Below are positions 20,117 to 28,950 of a stretch of DNA of 64,000 nucleotides, piece by piece. The stretch spans positions 124,001-188,000 of IMG/VR virus record IMGVR_UViG_3300020178_000002. One strand, written 5' to 3'. The notes beneath the pieces were generated by a model that saw nothing but the letters and a program-made list of their open reading frames with translations, was not told where the DNA came from and made no database searches. Every line of letters starts with the position of its first letter. The first letter of the stretch is position 1. The position numbers were made by a program, and so were the translations under genes.

Positions 20117-20454
20117 GTTTAACAGAGGTAGTTAATGGCAAGAGGGATTGGACAGATCTTAATTCAGTGGCAGGTAGGTATAAGGCTGCTCTTGAGTATG
20201 TTGATGCCACTAGTGATTTTAATGAAATACTTAAAGGAGCTTTGCTTGAGTGTGGTTTTAAGGAGGCAGAGAACAGGTATGTTTACAAACTTGGAGAGCC
20301 TATTAGTGAGGATCATGGTCATGCTCGAGTTATGGTTTATACTTATATGAGTTTGAAAACTTTTGGTTTTATTAAGGTGACGAGTAGAAATGGTATAGAA
20401 GAGGTTAATGATATATCAGAGTTATTTAATTTAATAAGGAGACATTGGAAATGA
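20113..20454 (+). CDS. YTExVNGKR...IRxxW family small protein
   Basis: ATG 20113 (ATGA overlap); LTEVVNGKRDW, ALLECGF, IRRHWK. Confidence 0.8.
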   Translation: MSLTEVVNGKRDWTDLNSVAGRYKAALEYVDATSDFNEILKGALLECGFKEAENRYVYKLGEPISEDHGHARVMVYTYMSLKTFGFIKVTSRNGIEEVNDISELFNLIRRHWK

Positions 20455-20828
20455 GTTTAACAGAGATTGTTAATGGTAAGAGAGATTGGACAAAAGAGGG
20501 TAAGCAGGTTATCCAGAACATTTTGAGTTGGGGCATGGACAAGGGCAACTATATGATGTTAGAGGACATTCTAACATTGGAGCTTGAGAAGACAGATTTC
20601 TCAAAAAAGGTATTGTGTGGAGATGGTAAGCGTAAGGCAATATGGGAGTCAGAGTGGGGTTGTTTGATTTACCTTGACTTGGACATGGAGACAGAGGTGG
20701 ATTCAACTTTCCATGTGAGCCTATTAAACTACAGGGGTTTTGATTCTACTAACATTCTGGATTTATGGGGTTTGATCAGACAAACTTGGGTTTGGAAGCA
20801 AAAGAACGATGCATGGGAAAACAGGTAA
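20451..20828 (+). CDS. YTExVNGKR...IRxxW family small protein
   Basis: ATG 20451 (ATGA overlap); LTEIVNGKRDW, LEKTDF, IRQTW. Confidence 0.8.
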   Translation: MSLTEIVNGKRDWTKEGKQVIQNILSWGMDKGNYMMLEDILTLELEKTDFSKKVLCGDGKRKAIWESEWGCLIYLDLDMETEVDSTFHVSLLNYRGFDSTNILDLWGLIRQTWVWKQKNDAWENR

Positions 20829-20921
20829 GCTTTTTCGATATCTTGTACCCCCCTCTTTCTTTCGATTCTTCAAAGTAATACCGATCAGGCAAGAGTTTGG
20901 TGTTTAAGTCCTTGAGTTTAG

Positions 20922-20950
20922 AAGCAGGCCATTAGGTCTGCTTTTTTTTT
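20922..20950 (+). terminator. Intrinsic terminator
   Basis: AAGCAGGCC-ATTA-GGTCTGCTT plus T run. Confidence 0.85.
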
Positions 20951-21023
20951 GTCTGGAGCTTGCCAATTTATAAGTCTGTGTGAAAGGATATAAGTATCCC
21001 ACTTTTTCAAAGGAGCATGAGTC

Positions 21024-21176
21024 ATGGAAATCATAATAACAGATAAGATGCTTGAAGACTTAAAGAGAGAGTCGGAGAGACCTTTTTTGCAACTACCCCT
21101 ACCAGAGCCAGACTTTAAAAAGAAGAAAGAGGCTAAGAAAAAAGAACCTAAGAGGGTGATAATTATAGACATTTAA
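21024..21176 (+). CDS. 50-aa hypothetical protein (not in the ORF track)
   Basis: AAGGAG SD; MEIIITDKMLEDLKRESERPFLQLPLPEPDFKKKKEAKKKEPKRVIIIDI. More credible than the antisense ORF 20918..21172. Confidence 0.65.
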   Translation: MEIIITDKMLEDLKRESERPFLQLPLPEPDFKKKKEAKKKEPKRVIIIDI

Positions 21177-21253
21177 TAAAGTTTTTTCGACCTTATTAAA
21201 AAAATTCTATAATAGATATCGTAGTTTTAATATTTTTAAAAGGTTGTTAAAAA

Positions 21254-21688
21254 ATGGTTTTAGATGAAATGAGTTTGTTTGATCACTTCTTCCAAACGTT
21301 ATACAGTTTGGGAGTCTCGACAGACAATGAGTTATATTACAGTGAGTCAGAAGATTGTATTGAGGGTAAATACCTTCTTGTGGACTTTAAGATTCCAGAT
21401 ATGGTGTGTCACCACAAAGCTTACTTAGAGGGTGGTGAGATTAAAGAGAAGACAGTTTACTATAGACCTCAAGAGGTTAGGATTTTAAACCTTCTGCGAT
21501 CTTCTTACCCTGACATTGAGTTTGAAGTATCTTTAAGAGAAGAGCATTTTTCAAGAATTAACCTTGAAGCTGACTTTGATGATGATCTGAATGACTTCTT
21601 CAATACCTTAGACATTAAGGGAGTGGAAGTTCCTACTTTTGGTAAACCTCTAAGTTATGTGAATATTGTGATTGATGGAAGAGATTGA
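21254..21688 (+). CDS. Acidic hypothetical protein
   Basis: 144-aa ORF with AAAGG SD. Confidence 0.7.
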   Translation: MVLDEMSLFDHFFQTLYSLGVSTDNELYYSESEDCIEGKYLLVDFKIPDMVCHHKAYLEGGEIKEKTVYYRPQEVRILNLLRSSYPDIEFEVSLREEHFSRINLEADFDDDLNDFFNTLDIKGVEVPTFGKPLSYVNIVIDGRD

Positions 21689-22088
21689 AGTTTCAGTTAG
21701 TTTAACAAAGCTTGAGGGGGATCAGGTTGTCTGGTTGCAACCTTCTTATAAAGCGTTGCCTTTTGACATGATTGCCCTTGAGGTAGCTTGTTATTTCGAC
21801 AGACATATAAAAAGCCCTGCCTTCCATGTTTTTGAGACAGATTACTCAGATTTCACTTTTAGGGTAGAGGTCTCTTTAGCGGATTGTTGGACAGTTTGCT
21901 TCAAGAAGAAGAAAAATAGGGAAAGTCTTAATTTCAAGGTTTGGGGAGCGATATATGGTTTCGACTTAGTATCAGAAGAAGAGTCAAAGACTTGGGCTTA
22001 CCCTTTTTTCTTTTCAGAAATCACAGAAGAAAGTTTCTGGGTTCACTTAGAAAATTTCAGTGGGAAGAAGTTAAGATGGAAGGGTTGA
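21672..22088 (+). CDS. Hypothetical protein, possible distant member of the YTExVNGKR family
   Basis: SLTKLEGDQVVW resembles SLTEVVNGKRDW, but the C-terminal IRxxW is absent. Confidence 0.6.
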   Translation: MMEEIEVSVSLTKLEGDQVVWLQPSYKALPFDMIALEVACYFDRHIKSPAFHVFETDYSDFTFRVEVSLADCWTVCFKKKKNRESLNFKVWGAIYGFDLVSEEESKTWAYPFFFSEITEESFWVHLENFSGKKLRWKG

Positions 22089-22133
22089 TTTACTTAACCT
22101 TATTTATAAGTTTTTTAATAGGGTTGTTTATTT

Positions 22134-22169
22134 AGGCAGGTTCTCATATGAGGCTCTGCCTTTTTTTTT
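22134..22169 (+). terminator. Intrinsic terminator
   Basis: AGGCAG..CTCA-TA-TGAG..CTGCCT plus T run. Confidence 0.8.
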
Positions 22170-22212
22170 GTTTATAGTCTCCATGCATTATTAATGTGAA
22201 AGGCATGGAACT

Positions 22213-23049
22213 ATGAACAAAATACAGAGATTAGAAGCAAGAGTAGCTAGGCTTGAAAAAGAGTCTTTTATTTCGGCTCAAAAAGTATGGGATACAGCAA
22301 ACAGCATACTCCCTCAATTAAACAGGCTTAAGGGTGCTGCGAAAGAGCTGATTAGACTAGTGACAGGTGCTATACGCAGTGTTTGGGCAGAGTTGAATTT
22401 AATAGTTCGCAAGAAGAACAAGAAGAAGATACTTGGTTATTTGGAAGCTTCTTTTGAAGAAACTATAAAGAATGCTTTCCAGCCATTTGTCTCGGTGTCA
22501 GAGCCACCAGAGCTTGTGGCATTCTTGCCAGGCAATCTATTAGGTTCTACTTTTAGGTTCAAGAATAGGAAGTATCAGCTTAAAGAGTTATTAAGGCATG
22601 ATGCTGTGACAGGTCAAGGTGCTTACAATGCATATAATGAGTGGGTCACAGAGTATGGGTTATACTTGGACTATATGATGGATAAGTACCCAAGACCAGA
22701 CAGCAAAGTGGGCAAGAAGGTTGTTTATCAGATGATGGAGAACCTGAAAATAGGGAGACTTAGCAAACTTGCTTGGAAGTTTTTTAACATTTGGATAAAG
22801 GTAAGTTCCCAGATTGGTTTAGTGGTTGGTTTAGCGACAGCTTTATCTGCACTTTCTTTAGCTGTGGGTGTGAGAGGGGCAGTGAAAACATTTACTACTC
22901 TCCTTAATAATAAGATAGACAAGGAGATAGGTAAGACAGACTTAGCTAGTAATCCTTTGTTTGACCCTAACAAGACAGCCTCTCAAAGGAAGCTTTCATC
23001 TTTAGCTTTAGTGACCTTAGTGTTAGAGGACATTCACTATTCTTATTAG
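22213..23049 (+). CDS. Leader-tagged protein, distant member of the 27.8-32.7 kb hydrophobic paralog family
   Basis: Leader MNKIQRLEARVARLEKES; AYNEWVTEY matches AYxSWxxDY; hydrophobic stretch; KTAS before a short C-terminal tail. Confidence 0.75.
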   Translation: MNKIQRLEARVARLEKESFISAQKVWDTANSILPQLNRLKGAAKELIRLVTGAIRSVWAELNLIVRKKNKKKILGYLEASFEETIKNAFQPFVSVSEPPELVAFLPGNLLGSTFRFKNRKYQLKELLRHDAVTGQGAYNAYNEWVTEYGLYLDYMMDKYPRPDSKVGKKVVYQMMENLKIGRLSKLAWKFFNIWIKVSSQIGLVVGLATALSALSLAVGVRGAVKTFTTLLNNKIDKEIGKTDLASNPLFDPNKTASQRKLSSLALVTLVLEDIHYSY

Positions 23050-23095
23050 TTTTTTTATTGTTGCCAATAGGCAGAATAAACTAAGGACAAGAGCC

Positions 23096-23431
23096 ATGAC
23101 ATCAGAGAACCAGAATAAAATGATAGAGTTGATATTCAAGATTTTGAGTGTCCTCGTAATTCCGTTTGGGGCATATATAATTTCAATGTCAACAGACATT
23201 AAGTTATTAGAGCAGAAGCTTCAATCTCAAGAAGAGAAAGTTTCCCAGATTATTTTAAAAGTAGAGAAGCTAGATAAAGATGTTGCAGAGGGTTGGAGCA
23301 ACATTAAGCTTAATACTCAAGAAGTACGACAGATGAAAGAGATGATCACAAATCAGTCTCAGATGGTTAGAGAAGTGTATGAGTATGTGCTGAGACAACA
23401 GGGGGGGAGAAGACAAGGCAGAGGAAACTAA
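23096..23431 (+). CDS. Membrane-anchored coiled-coil protein (possible lysis accessory)
   Basis: N-terminal TM (LIFKILSVLVIPFGAYII) followed by a heptad pattern. Confidence 0.6.
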   Translation: MTSENQNKMIELIFKILSVLVIPFGAYIISMSTDIKLLEQKLQSQEEKVSQIILKVEKLDKDVAEGWSNIKLNTQEVRQMKEMITNQSQMVREVYEYVLRQQGGRRQGRGN

Positions 23432-23432
23432 A

Positions 23433-23768
23433 ATGAAAAAGTTCCTCATATTGTCTCTTAGTCTAACTTTATTAATGTGCATTGCTGGTTTAAAAGCTCA
23501 GAGAGTAGAAAAAAAAGAAATTAAGTTGCTTGAATCTCAGGTTGAGGTGGTAGATATAAAGAAGAACCGAGAGGTTGAATCTTTAATGTATGAAACCCAA
23601 GCATTGATGAAAGAAACTTGTAAGCTTCATCAACTGCTTATAAAGGAAAAGACCAATGAGCAACGAAAGTCAAACACCAGTAGAACCACAGAGCGTAGGC
23701 ACACTCACAGAGGAAGAAATGGGTATGATTGCCCAGCTTCGTCAAGCAGCCACCCAACTTCTAAATAA
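23433..23768 (+). CDS. Protein with N-terminal signal/anchor sequence
   Basis: MKKFLILSLSLTLLMCIAG; 3' part overlaps the next gene by about 110 nt. Confidence 0.55.
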   Translation: MKKFLILSLSLTLLMCIAGLKAQRVEKKEIKLLESQVEVVDIKKNREVESLMYETQALMKETCKLHQLLIKEKTNEQRKSNTSRTTERRHTHRGRNGYDCPASSSSHPTSK

Positions 23769-23961
23769 TCTTGGTCAGCTTGAGCTTCGTAAGAGCCAGA
23801 TTGTAGCTCAACTTCAGAGAAATGAGGGGCAAGCCCAACAAATTCTTGTTGATGCTAAGAATCGTTTAGGTATTCCAGAGGGTGCTGCTTGGCAAGTACA
23901 AGAGAATGGTGAAGTTCTCGCTGTGATGCCTTCTGAAGAGGAGACTAGCACAGAGGGCTAA
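23656..23961 (+). CDS. Small coiled-coil hypothetical protein
   Basis: 101 aa, AAGGA SD, followed by a terminator. Confidence 0.75.
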   Translation: MSNESQTPVEPQSVGTLTEEEMGMIAQLRQAATQLLNNLGQLELRKSQIVAQLQRNEGQAQQILVDAKNRLGIPEGAAWQVQENGEVLAVMPSEEETSTEG

Positions 23962-23992
23962 TACTTTAATTGACCCTTTTATCTAGTGTTTT

Positions 23993-24035
23993 AAGAGCTC
24001 TATTGCCATCATGTTGGTAGTAGAGCTTTTTTTTT
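23993..24035 (+). terminator. Intrinsic terminator
   Basis: AAGAGCTCTATTGCCA / TGGTAGTAGAGCTTTT stem plus T run. Confidence 0.85.
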
Positions 24036-24072
24036 GTTTATTGATAGCCTTCTTATAAGATAAAGAAAGGCT

Positions 24073-24597
24073 ATGGTAATGAAAAAAGAGATTGAAAAAT
24101 TAAAAGAAAAGGCAGACCTTAGTTTGCATAGGAAAAGTAATATCTCTGTTCTCATAGAAGAGTTTAAAGAGATTACCATGACCTTAGCAGCAGATGTTCA
24201 TACTGAGAGGAATATGTTTGAGTTAAGGCAGTATCAGCATTTGATTGATCTGCTCAATAGCATTAGAAAAAGAAACTCTCTGATAGAAAGGCAAACCAAA
24301 CTACCTTTCTACAATCTGGTTCAAGCATACCATCTATCTTTATACTTCACTTCATTAAGATATGTCCTAAAAGATAACAAGTCTCCAGAATTTGAGAAAA
24401 TAGACGAGATCATGGAAGATGTGGACTTTATTTTAGAAGAAGGAAAAAAAGTCATTTCAAAGTTCCATCACCAGATGCTTGAAAGAAAAGCAAATGAAAC
24501 AAAGCAAGCAATCATAAAAAGGCTTTCCAGAATAGACCGATTATTAAATAGGTTTATGAGAAAGAAAGCAGCAGAACTGTCTAACTCAAAGCTGTAG
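24073..24597 (+). CDS. Helical hypothetical protein
   Basis: 174-aa ORF; C-terminal KKAA motif. Confidence 0.7.
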   Translation: MVMKKEIEKLKEKADLSLHRKSNISVLIEEFKEITMTLAADVHTERNMFELRQYQHLIDLLNSIRKRNSLIERQTKLPFYNLVQAYHLSLYFTSLRYVLKDNKSPEFEKIDEIMEDVDFILEEGKKVISKFHHQMLERKANETKQAIIKRLSRIDRLLNRFMRKKAAELSNSKL

Positions 24598-24606
24598 GGT
24601 ATTAGT

Positions 24607-25977
24607 ATGTCGCATGGTTGGTACAATAGTAGAAGTCCTTGGCCTCTACCACCTAAAAACACAGTAGCTGTTTCTCCTTTTAAAAAAGGAGAGATTGATG
24701 TCAGGTGGGATAACCCATCTCTCCTTCATGGTAACGAGGGCTGGATTATAAGAGGTGTAAATATATACCGCTCTAGTAACTCTGATAGAGGGATGTATCG
24801 GAGAGTTAATGTAGTTCCTGTTGGTGGTGGTCTATATAGAGATCAAATGCATACATGGACAGTACATGAAGAAGTGGTTGAGGGTTCTGCATGGATTAGT
24901 TTTGGAGATCAAGCAGAAGACCCTTATAGGTTTCAAACTAAGTTCCCTATAGCCAAACTTAATGGTGTGCATGAAGCAGGTGATTGCTCTAAAGATGTTG
25001 TAGTCACAATAGATGGAGAGGTAGTTCCTGTTTCTATGGTTCTTGGAGAGCTAAGACAAGTCATCTTGTATTATCTAGGTGTAGAGACTGACAATGCTAT
25101 TACTTTGAGAAAAGAAGCGAAGCTTGAGATAACAGAGAACTCTGTTGTTAAAGTAAGTTATCTTGCATATGACCCTAGCAGCAGGCTGGGTGTGGGTGTA
25201 GACAGAAGAGACTTCTATCGACTAACTACAGTTGCAGAAGATCCCCTAACAGGCAGACTTCACGAAACACCTTTAGATCAGTGTCAGCCTTTCTCAGATA
25301 GAGAGGTTGAAAAGATAGACTATATGTGGAGAGAAGGTATCCGAAGAAACAATTGGATATTAGAGCAAGGTGGTGAGAGAGTAAAGCTCTTTACTAGAAA
25401 GCAAGTAGGAGAGCCTTGTTTCTGTACTGCTTTCAACAGGGAAACCTTAGCTTACTCAAAGCAACCAGACAGTCTTTGCAAGATTTGTTTCGGTGTTGGT
25501 ATCAAGGGTGGCTATGAAGGTCCTTATGATATAATCATAGCTACAGATGAGACAGAGAAAAGAATTGTTCAGGAAGACAAGGGTCGGAGAAAAGAACACA
25601 GCTATGAGGTCTGGATAGGGCCTAGTCCTATTGTTTCTCAGAAAGACTTCATTGTTAAAGTGAACAATGACAGATACTCTATTGGTGCTGTGAGATACCC
25701 ATCTAACAGGGGTAATATTCTACAACAGCATTTTAACATAGCTTATTTAGACAGTGGAGACATTAGATATAACTTCCCTATAGAGGGAGTGCCTGTCTAT
25801 TGGGCAAAGACTCAATATGGCTATTGGCCTCAAAGAGATACTTACACAGCTCGTTCTGATGCAAAGTATCCTTTGGTTCAAGACACAGCTTACCCTACGG
25901 GGTCAAACAGACCAGATGTTGCTGACGCTTTGGAGAATAAAGGCAGGACAGCGACATGGGAAAATCAAAACTATTAG
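24607..25977 (+). CDS. Putative neck/head-closure protein with N-terminal FN3-like region
   Basis: IDVRWDNP...GVNIYRS and FYRLTTV (FN3-like); CFC...CKICFGVGIKGGY motif that I associate with large-myovirus neck proteins. Confidence 0.5.
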   Translation: MSHGWYNSRSPWPLPPKNTVAVSPFKKGEIDVRWDNPSLLHGNEGWIIRGVNIYRSSNSDRGMYRRVNVVPVGGGLYRDQMHTWTVHEEVVEGSAWISFGDQAEDPYRFQTKFPIAKLNGVHEAGDCSKDVVVTIDGEVVPVSMVLGELRQVILYYLGVETDNAITLRKEAKLEITENSVVKVSYLAYDPSSRLGVGVDRRDFYRLTTVAEDPLTGRLHETPLDQCQPFSDREVEKIDYMWREGIRRNNWILEQGGERVKLFTRKQVGEPCFCTAFNRETLAYSKQPDSLCKICFGVGIKGGYEGPYDIIIATDETEKRIVQEDKGRRKEHSYEVWIGPSPIVSQKDFIVKVNNDRYSIGAVRYPSNRGNILQQHFNIAYLDSGDIRYNFPIEGVPVYWAKTQYGYWPQRDTYTARSDAKYPLVQDTAYPTGSNRPDVADALENKGRTATWENQNY

Positions 25978-25986
25978 GAGAATAAA

Positions 25987-26799
25987 ATGAAAAGAACAAT
26001 AAGAGAACTTGAATCTAGGATTGCTAGACTCGAGAAACATTCATCAAAGAAAACTGCTATGAAGATAATTCACAGAGAGTTGATAGAATACCTGAAAAAG
26101 AAAAATCTTAAGAATGTGGGTAAGAGTGAGCCACTAGAATATGGTGGGCTATCGAGAAAAATAGGATTTGAATTTACGCTTATCCTTAACGACAATGAAT
26201 ACGAGGAGATGACTAAGTTCTTCAATAAGAATAAAAAATATAATAATGAGATAGTCATCAACGATGATGCTGTTGACGACATTATTGAACACCATTTAGA
26301 TGAAGACGAATACTTTGCACCTAGTAATGCTAGATACTCAGGGGGTAGTCCTTTTTGCATTCTTTCCCTATATAAAAATGGGTTGTTTACTCTTACAGTC
26401 GAAATGACTGTTCATAAGAAAAAAACTCCAAAGATTCCTACACCCCTTCAAAAGATTAACTTAGGGATAGGGAAAACTGTTTTTGATATCAAGAAATTGA
26501 CAACAGACTTGTGGATGCTTTTAAAAGACCAAATTGCATTCAAGCTAGAATCAATGGGTAGGGAAGAAGAAGAGCTAGAAGACCTTGCAAATCAGTATAT
26601 GATGAAAGTCCGTTTAGTTATGGATGCTGATGGGTTCTATTTTTTAAGGGTTAAGTCAGGAAGAAATCACTATATTCTTGACATGGAAGACACAGAAAAA
26701 CATGAGATTACAAACTCCAGAGGAAGATACACACAGAAAGCTCTAGAAAGACACCTAGACTTAAACTATGACGACTACACAAGATGGAAAGTAAAATGA
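25987..26799 (+). CDS. Leader-tagged hypothetical protein
   Basis: MKRTIRELESRIARLEKHSSKKTA leader; AGGAG SD. Confidence 0.8.
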   Translation: MKRTIRELESRIARLEKHSSKKTAMKIIHRELIEYLKKKNLKNVGKSEPLEYGGLSRKIGFEFTLILNDNEYEEMTKFFNKNKKYNNEIVINDDAVDDIIEHHLDEDEYFAPSNARYSGGSPFCILSLYKNGLFTLTVEMTVHKKKTPKIPTPLQKINLGIGKTVFDIKKLTTDLWMLLKDQIAFKLESMGREEEELEDLANQYMMKVRLVMDADGFYFLRVKSGRNHYILDMEDTEKHEITNSRGRYTQKALERHLDLNYDDYTRWKVK

Positions 26800-27230
26800 A
26801 AAGAACAGCACATGAAATAATTAGAAGTCTTGAACTTAGAGTAGCTAGACTTGAGAAGCAATCATCACATACAACATATAAGTTAAGTCCAGTTAGACCT
26901 GGACTTAAGAAGTACTTAGAAAATAAACTTAAGAGCATCCTTAGCGAAAGTGGCTATGGTGAAGATTCTTTTGAGGGGGTTGACAGAGTATTTCTTCAGT
27001 GGGATTTAGGAAATAGCTGGGGTGCAGATAACTACTTTGCAATTGGAGTAGACTCAGGTGCAGATACCTTTAGACTTATTTTGGATGATCATAAACCCAG
27101 TGACTTTGGAGATATAGATCCTTATGATGGAGATCCCAGAGGGCCTATTGATTGGACTCCTAAAAAAGTAAACCAAACTAAGCTAATGGATGCACTAGAA
27201 GAATACGATAATGATCTTTGGGAGATCTGA
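26796..27230 (+). CDS. Leader-tagged hypothetical protein
   Basis: Start moved to ATG 26796 (ATGA overlap); MKRTAHEIIRSLELRVARLEKQSS. Confidence 0.8.
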   Translation: MKRTAHEIIRSLELRVARLEKQSSHTTYKLSPVRPGLKKYLENKLKSILSESGYGEDSFEGVDRVFLQWDLGNSWGADNYFAIGVDSGADTFRLILDDHKPSDFGDIDPYDGDPRGPIDWTPKKVNQTKLMDALEEYDNDLWEI

Positions 27231-27790
27231 TGGTTTTTGATTTAAGAAAAGTTAAAAGAAAACCTGAGAGTAATCTTTTAAGTGACAAGAACAAATGGGA
27301 CTTGAGAACTTATAAGGTAAGACGAAATGTTTTTCCTAATGCAAAAGCTCTGGGTGAAAAAGGGATAGATAAAGAGATCATTAAGATCTTTGGGGAAGAG
27401 TTTGTTAAAGCTATTGTAGAAGAAGCAAAGAAAGCTTCTTCTAAAGGTGCGTCTATCCCTAAGTCAGAGGATTTTTATAACTCTTTCAGTTATGAGATAA
27501 CAAAGGGTGGGAAGATAAAGATACATAGCACATGGAAGTGGGTTAATAAGTACCTTCAAGCTAAGTCACCTTATGAGATGAACATCTATAGAAGAAGAGG
27601 TGAAAGCAAAGTAATTCCCTTAAGGACAAAAGATGGTGGTGTTGTTTTCAGGCAAGCACCTCTTATAGGTTCTAAAGGTTGGATTCACCCTGCAATCTTG
27701 AAATATAATTTCATTGAAGTAGGTCTCAAGAAAGGTGAGGAGAGAGCCATTCGAAGGGCTTTAACTTATATACAGACATCCAGATCTTAA
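27230..27790 (+). CDS. Basic protein, possible neck/tail-completion component
   Basis: Start moved to ATG 27230 (GGAG SD); C-terminal WIHPA...FIE pattern; morphogenesis context. Confidence 0.45.
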   Translation: MVFDLRKVKRKPESNLLSDKNKWDLRTYKVRRNVFPNAKALGEKGIDKEIIKIFGEEFVKAIVEEAKKASSKGASIPKSEDFYNSFSYEITKGGKIKIHSTWKWVNKYLQAKSPYEMNIYRRRGESKVIPLRTKDGGVVFRQAPLIGSKGWIHPAILKYNFIEVGLKKGEERAIRRALTYIQTSRS

Positions 27791-27846
27791 TATTCCATTT
27801 ATATCACCCTTAGCTTGTAAAAAGTGTAATCAGCGAGGGTTATATA

Positions 27847-28947
27847 ATGAATAAAGTATCTGCACAGCAAATCAGATCTCTTGAGGTCAGAATAGCTAGG
27901 CTTGAAAAAGAAGCTGGCTTTCAAGAGTTTATGGAAAGTGTCTCTAGTACATTTAAAAGCATAGTTAACATTCCTAAAAACATGGTGATTAGGATAATAA
28001 ATGCTTTTAAAGAAATTTTTACAACTGTAGAACTGTCATTAGAAGACGAAGAAAAAACAATTGAAAATGCACTTGGCTTTTTATTGGGTTCTCGCATCTT
28101 TAGAGCAATGGCTGGAGTCATAACAACAACAGATGATTTGCCTACGATTGTTAAATTCAATAGGAAGCAGCCTTTAAAGTCTACATTCACGGGTGGGCTT
28201 GCAGGAAAGGCTAAGGTTCAATTAAAGAACCTTATTAAGCGTTATAATGAAACAAACCAGACAAGAATGAAGTCTGCCTATCTTTCATGGTATTCAGATT
28301 TCAAGCACATCCTAAACCCAAAAATTAAAGAAGTTGAGGGTGTTGAATTTGCACTTCGAGAAATCAAGAAGGTCTCAAAGTTAGCATATAGGTTCTTGTC
28401 TTCAATCATCTCTGTATTAGGTGGTGTTGTTGCTATTAAAGGGACAGTGATCTCAACTCTGCTATTTATACTAGGTAGGATCTTTTTGCAGAAGTATGGT
28501 TTTCCAGTAGGAAGACCTAGTGAATGGACTCAAAATGAAGTTGTTTTTTCAAAGGTCACTGTTGAACCCGTAAATGCTACTATACATAGGAATGTAATAG
28601 ACGTTACCAGAGATAGATATAGTGATTATAAGAAACTTTCTCCTATACAAAAGCAGATTTTTGTTGAAAAAATACATGCTAAGGTAGAACAACACCCAAT
28701 GAAAAATTGGCAACCAGATTCAGCAGCTAACCTTCAAGATGTTAAGGATTGGATTAGATGGAAGCCTATTCAGTTTACCACAGCAATCTTGACACCTATT
28801 TTAGCACTCATTGAAACAATTATGTACAAGTGGGTGATTAAGACAGACGAATATGATGAAATGGTAAAAGAGCTAGAATCAAGAAATAAGAAAGCTTCTC
28901 AATACCCAACACTCTCTTATTTAACTCAGATTTTAGAAGGCAGGTGA
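27847..28947 (+). CDS. Leader-tagged hydrophobic paralog 1
   Basis: MNKVSAQQIRSLEVRIARLEKEAG; STFTGG; two hydrophobic segments; KKASQYP tail. Confidence 0.85.
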   Translation: MNKVSAQQIRSLEVRIARLEKEAGFQEFMESVSSTFKSIVNIPKNMVIRIINAFKEIFTTVELSLEDEEKTIENALGFLLGSRIFRAMAGVITTTDDLPTIVKFNRKQPLKSTFTGGLAGKAKVQLKNLIKRYNETNQTRMKSAYLSWYSDFKHILNPKIKEVEGVEFALREIKKVSKLAYRFLSSIISVLGGVVAIKGTVISTLLFILGRIFLQKYGFPVGRPSEWTQNEVVFSKVTVEPVNATIHRNVIDVTRDRYSDYKKLSPIQKQIFVEKIHAKVEQHPMKNWQPDSAANLQDVKDWIRWKPIQFTTAILTPILALIETIMYKWVIKTDEYDEMVKELESRNKKASQYPTLSYLTQILEGR

Positions 28948-28950
28948 GAC

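Noticed and set aside
19743-20489. Integron cassette array or diversity-generating retroelement
   Set aside because: No attC-like palindromes, integrase or reverse transcriptase in the window; the repeats are coding junctions, and their differences are not confined to adenines.
20848-20868. Further copy of the C-run/TTTGATAA promoter
   Set aside because: The second box reads TTCGATTC, and a terminator follows rather than a gene start.
20918-21172. 84-aa minus-strand ORF from the track
   Set aside because: The + strand 50-aa ORF at 21024-21176 has a proper SD and matches the local gene direction.
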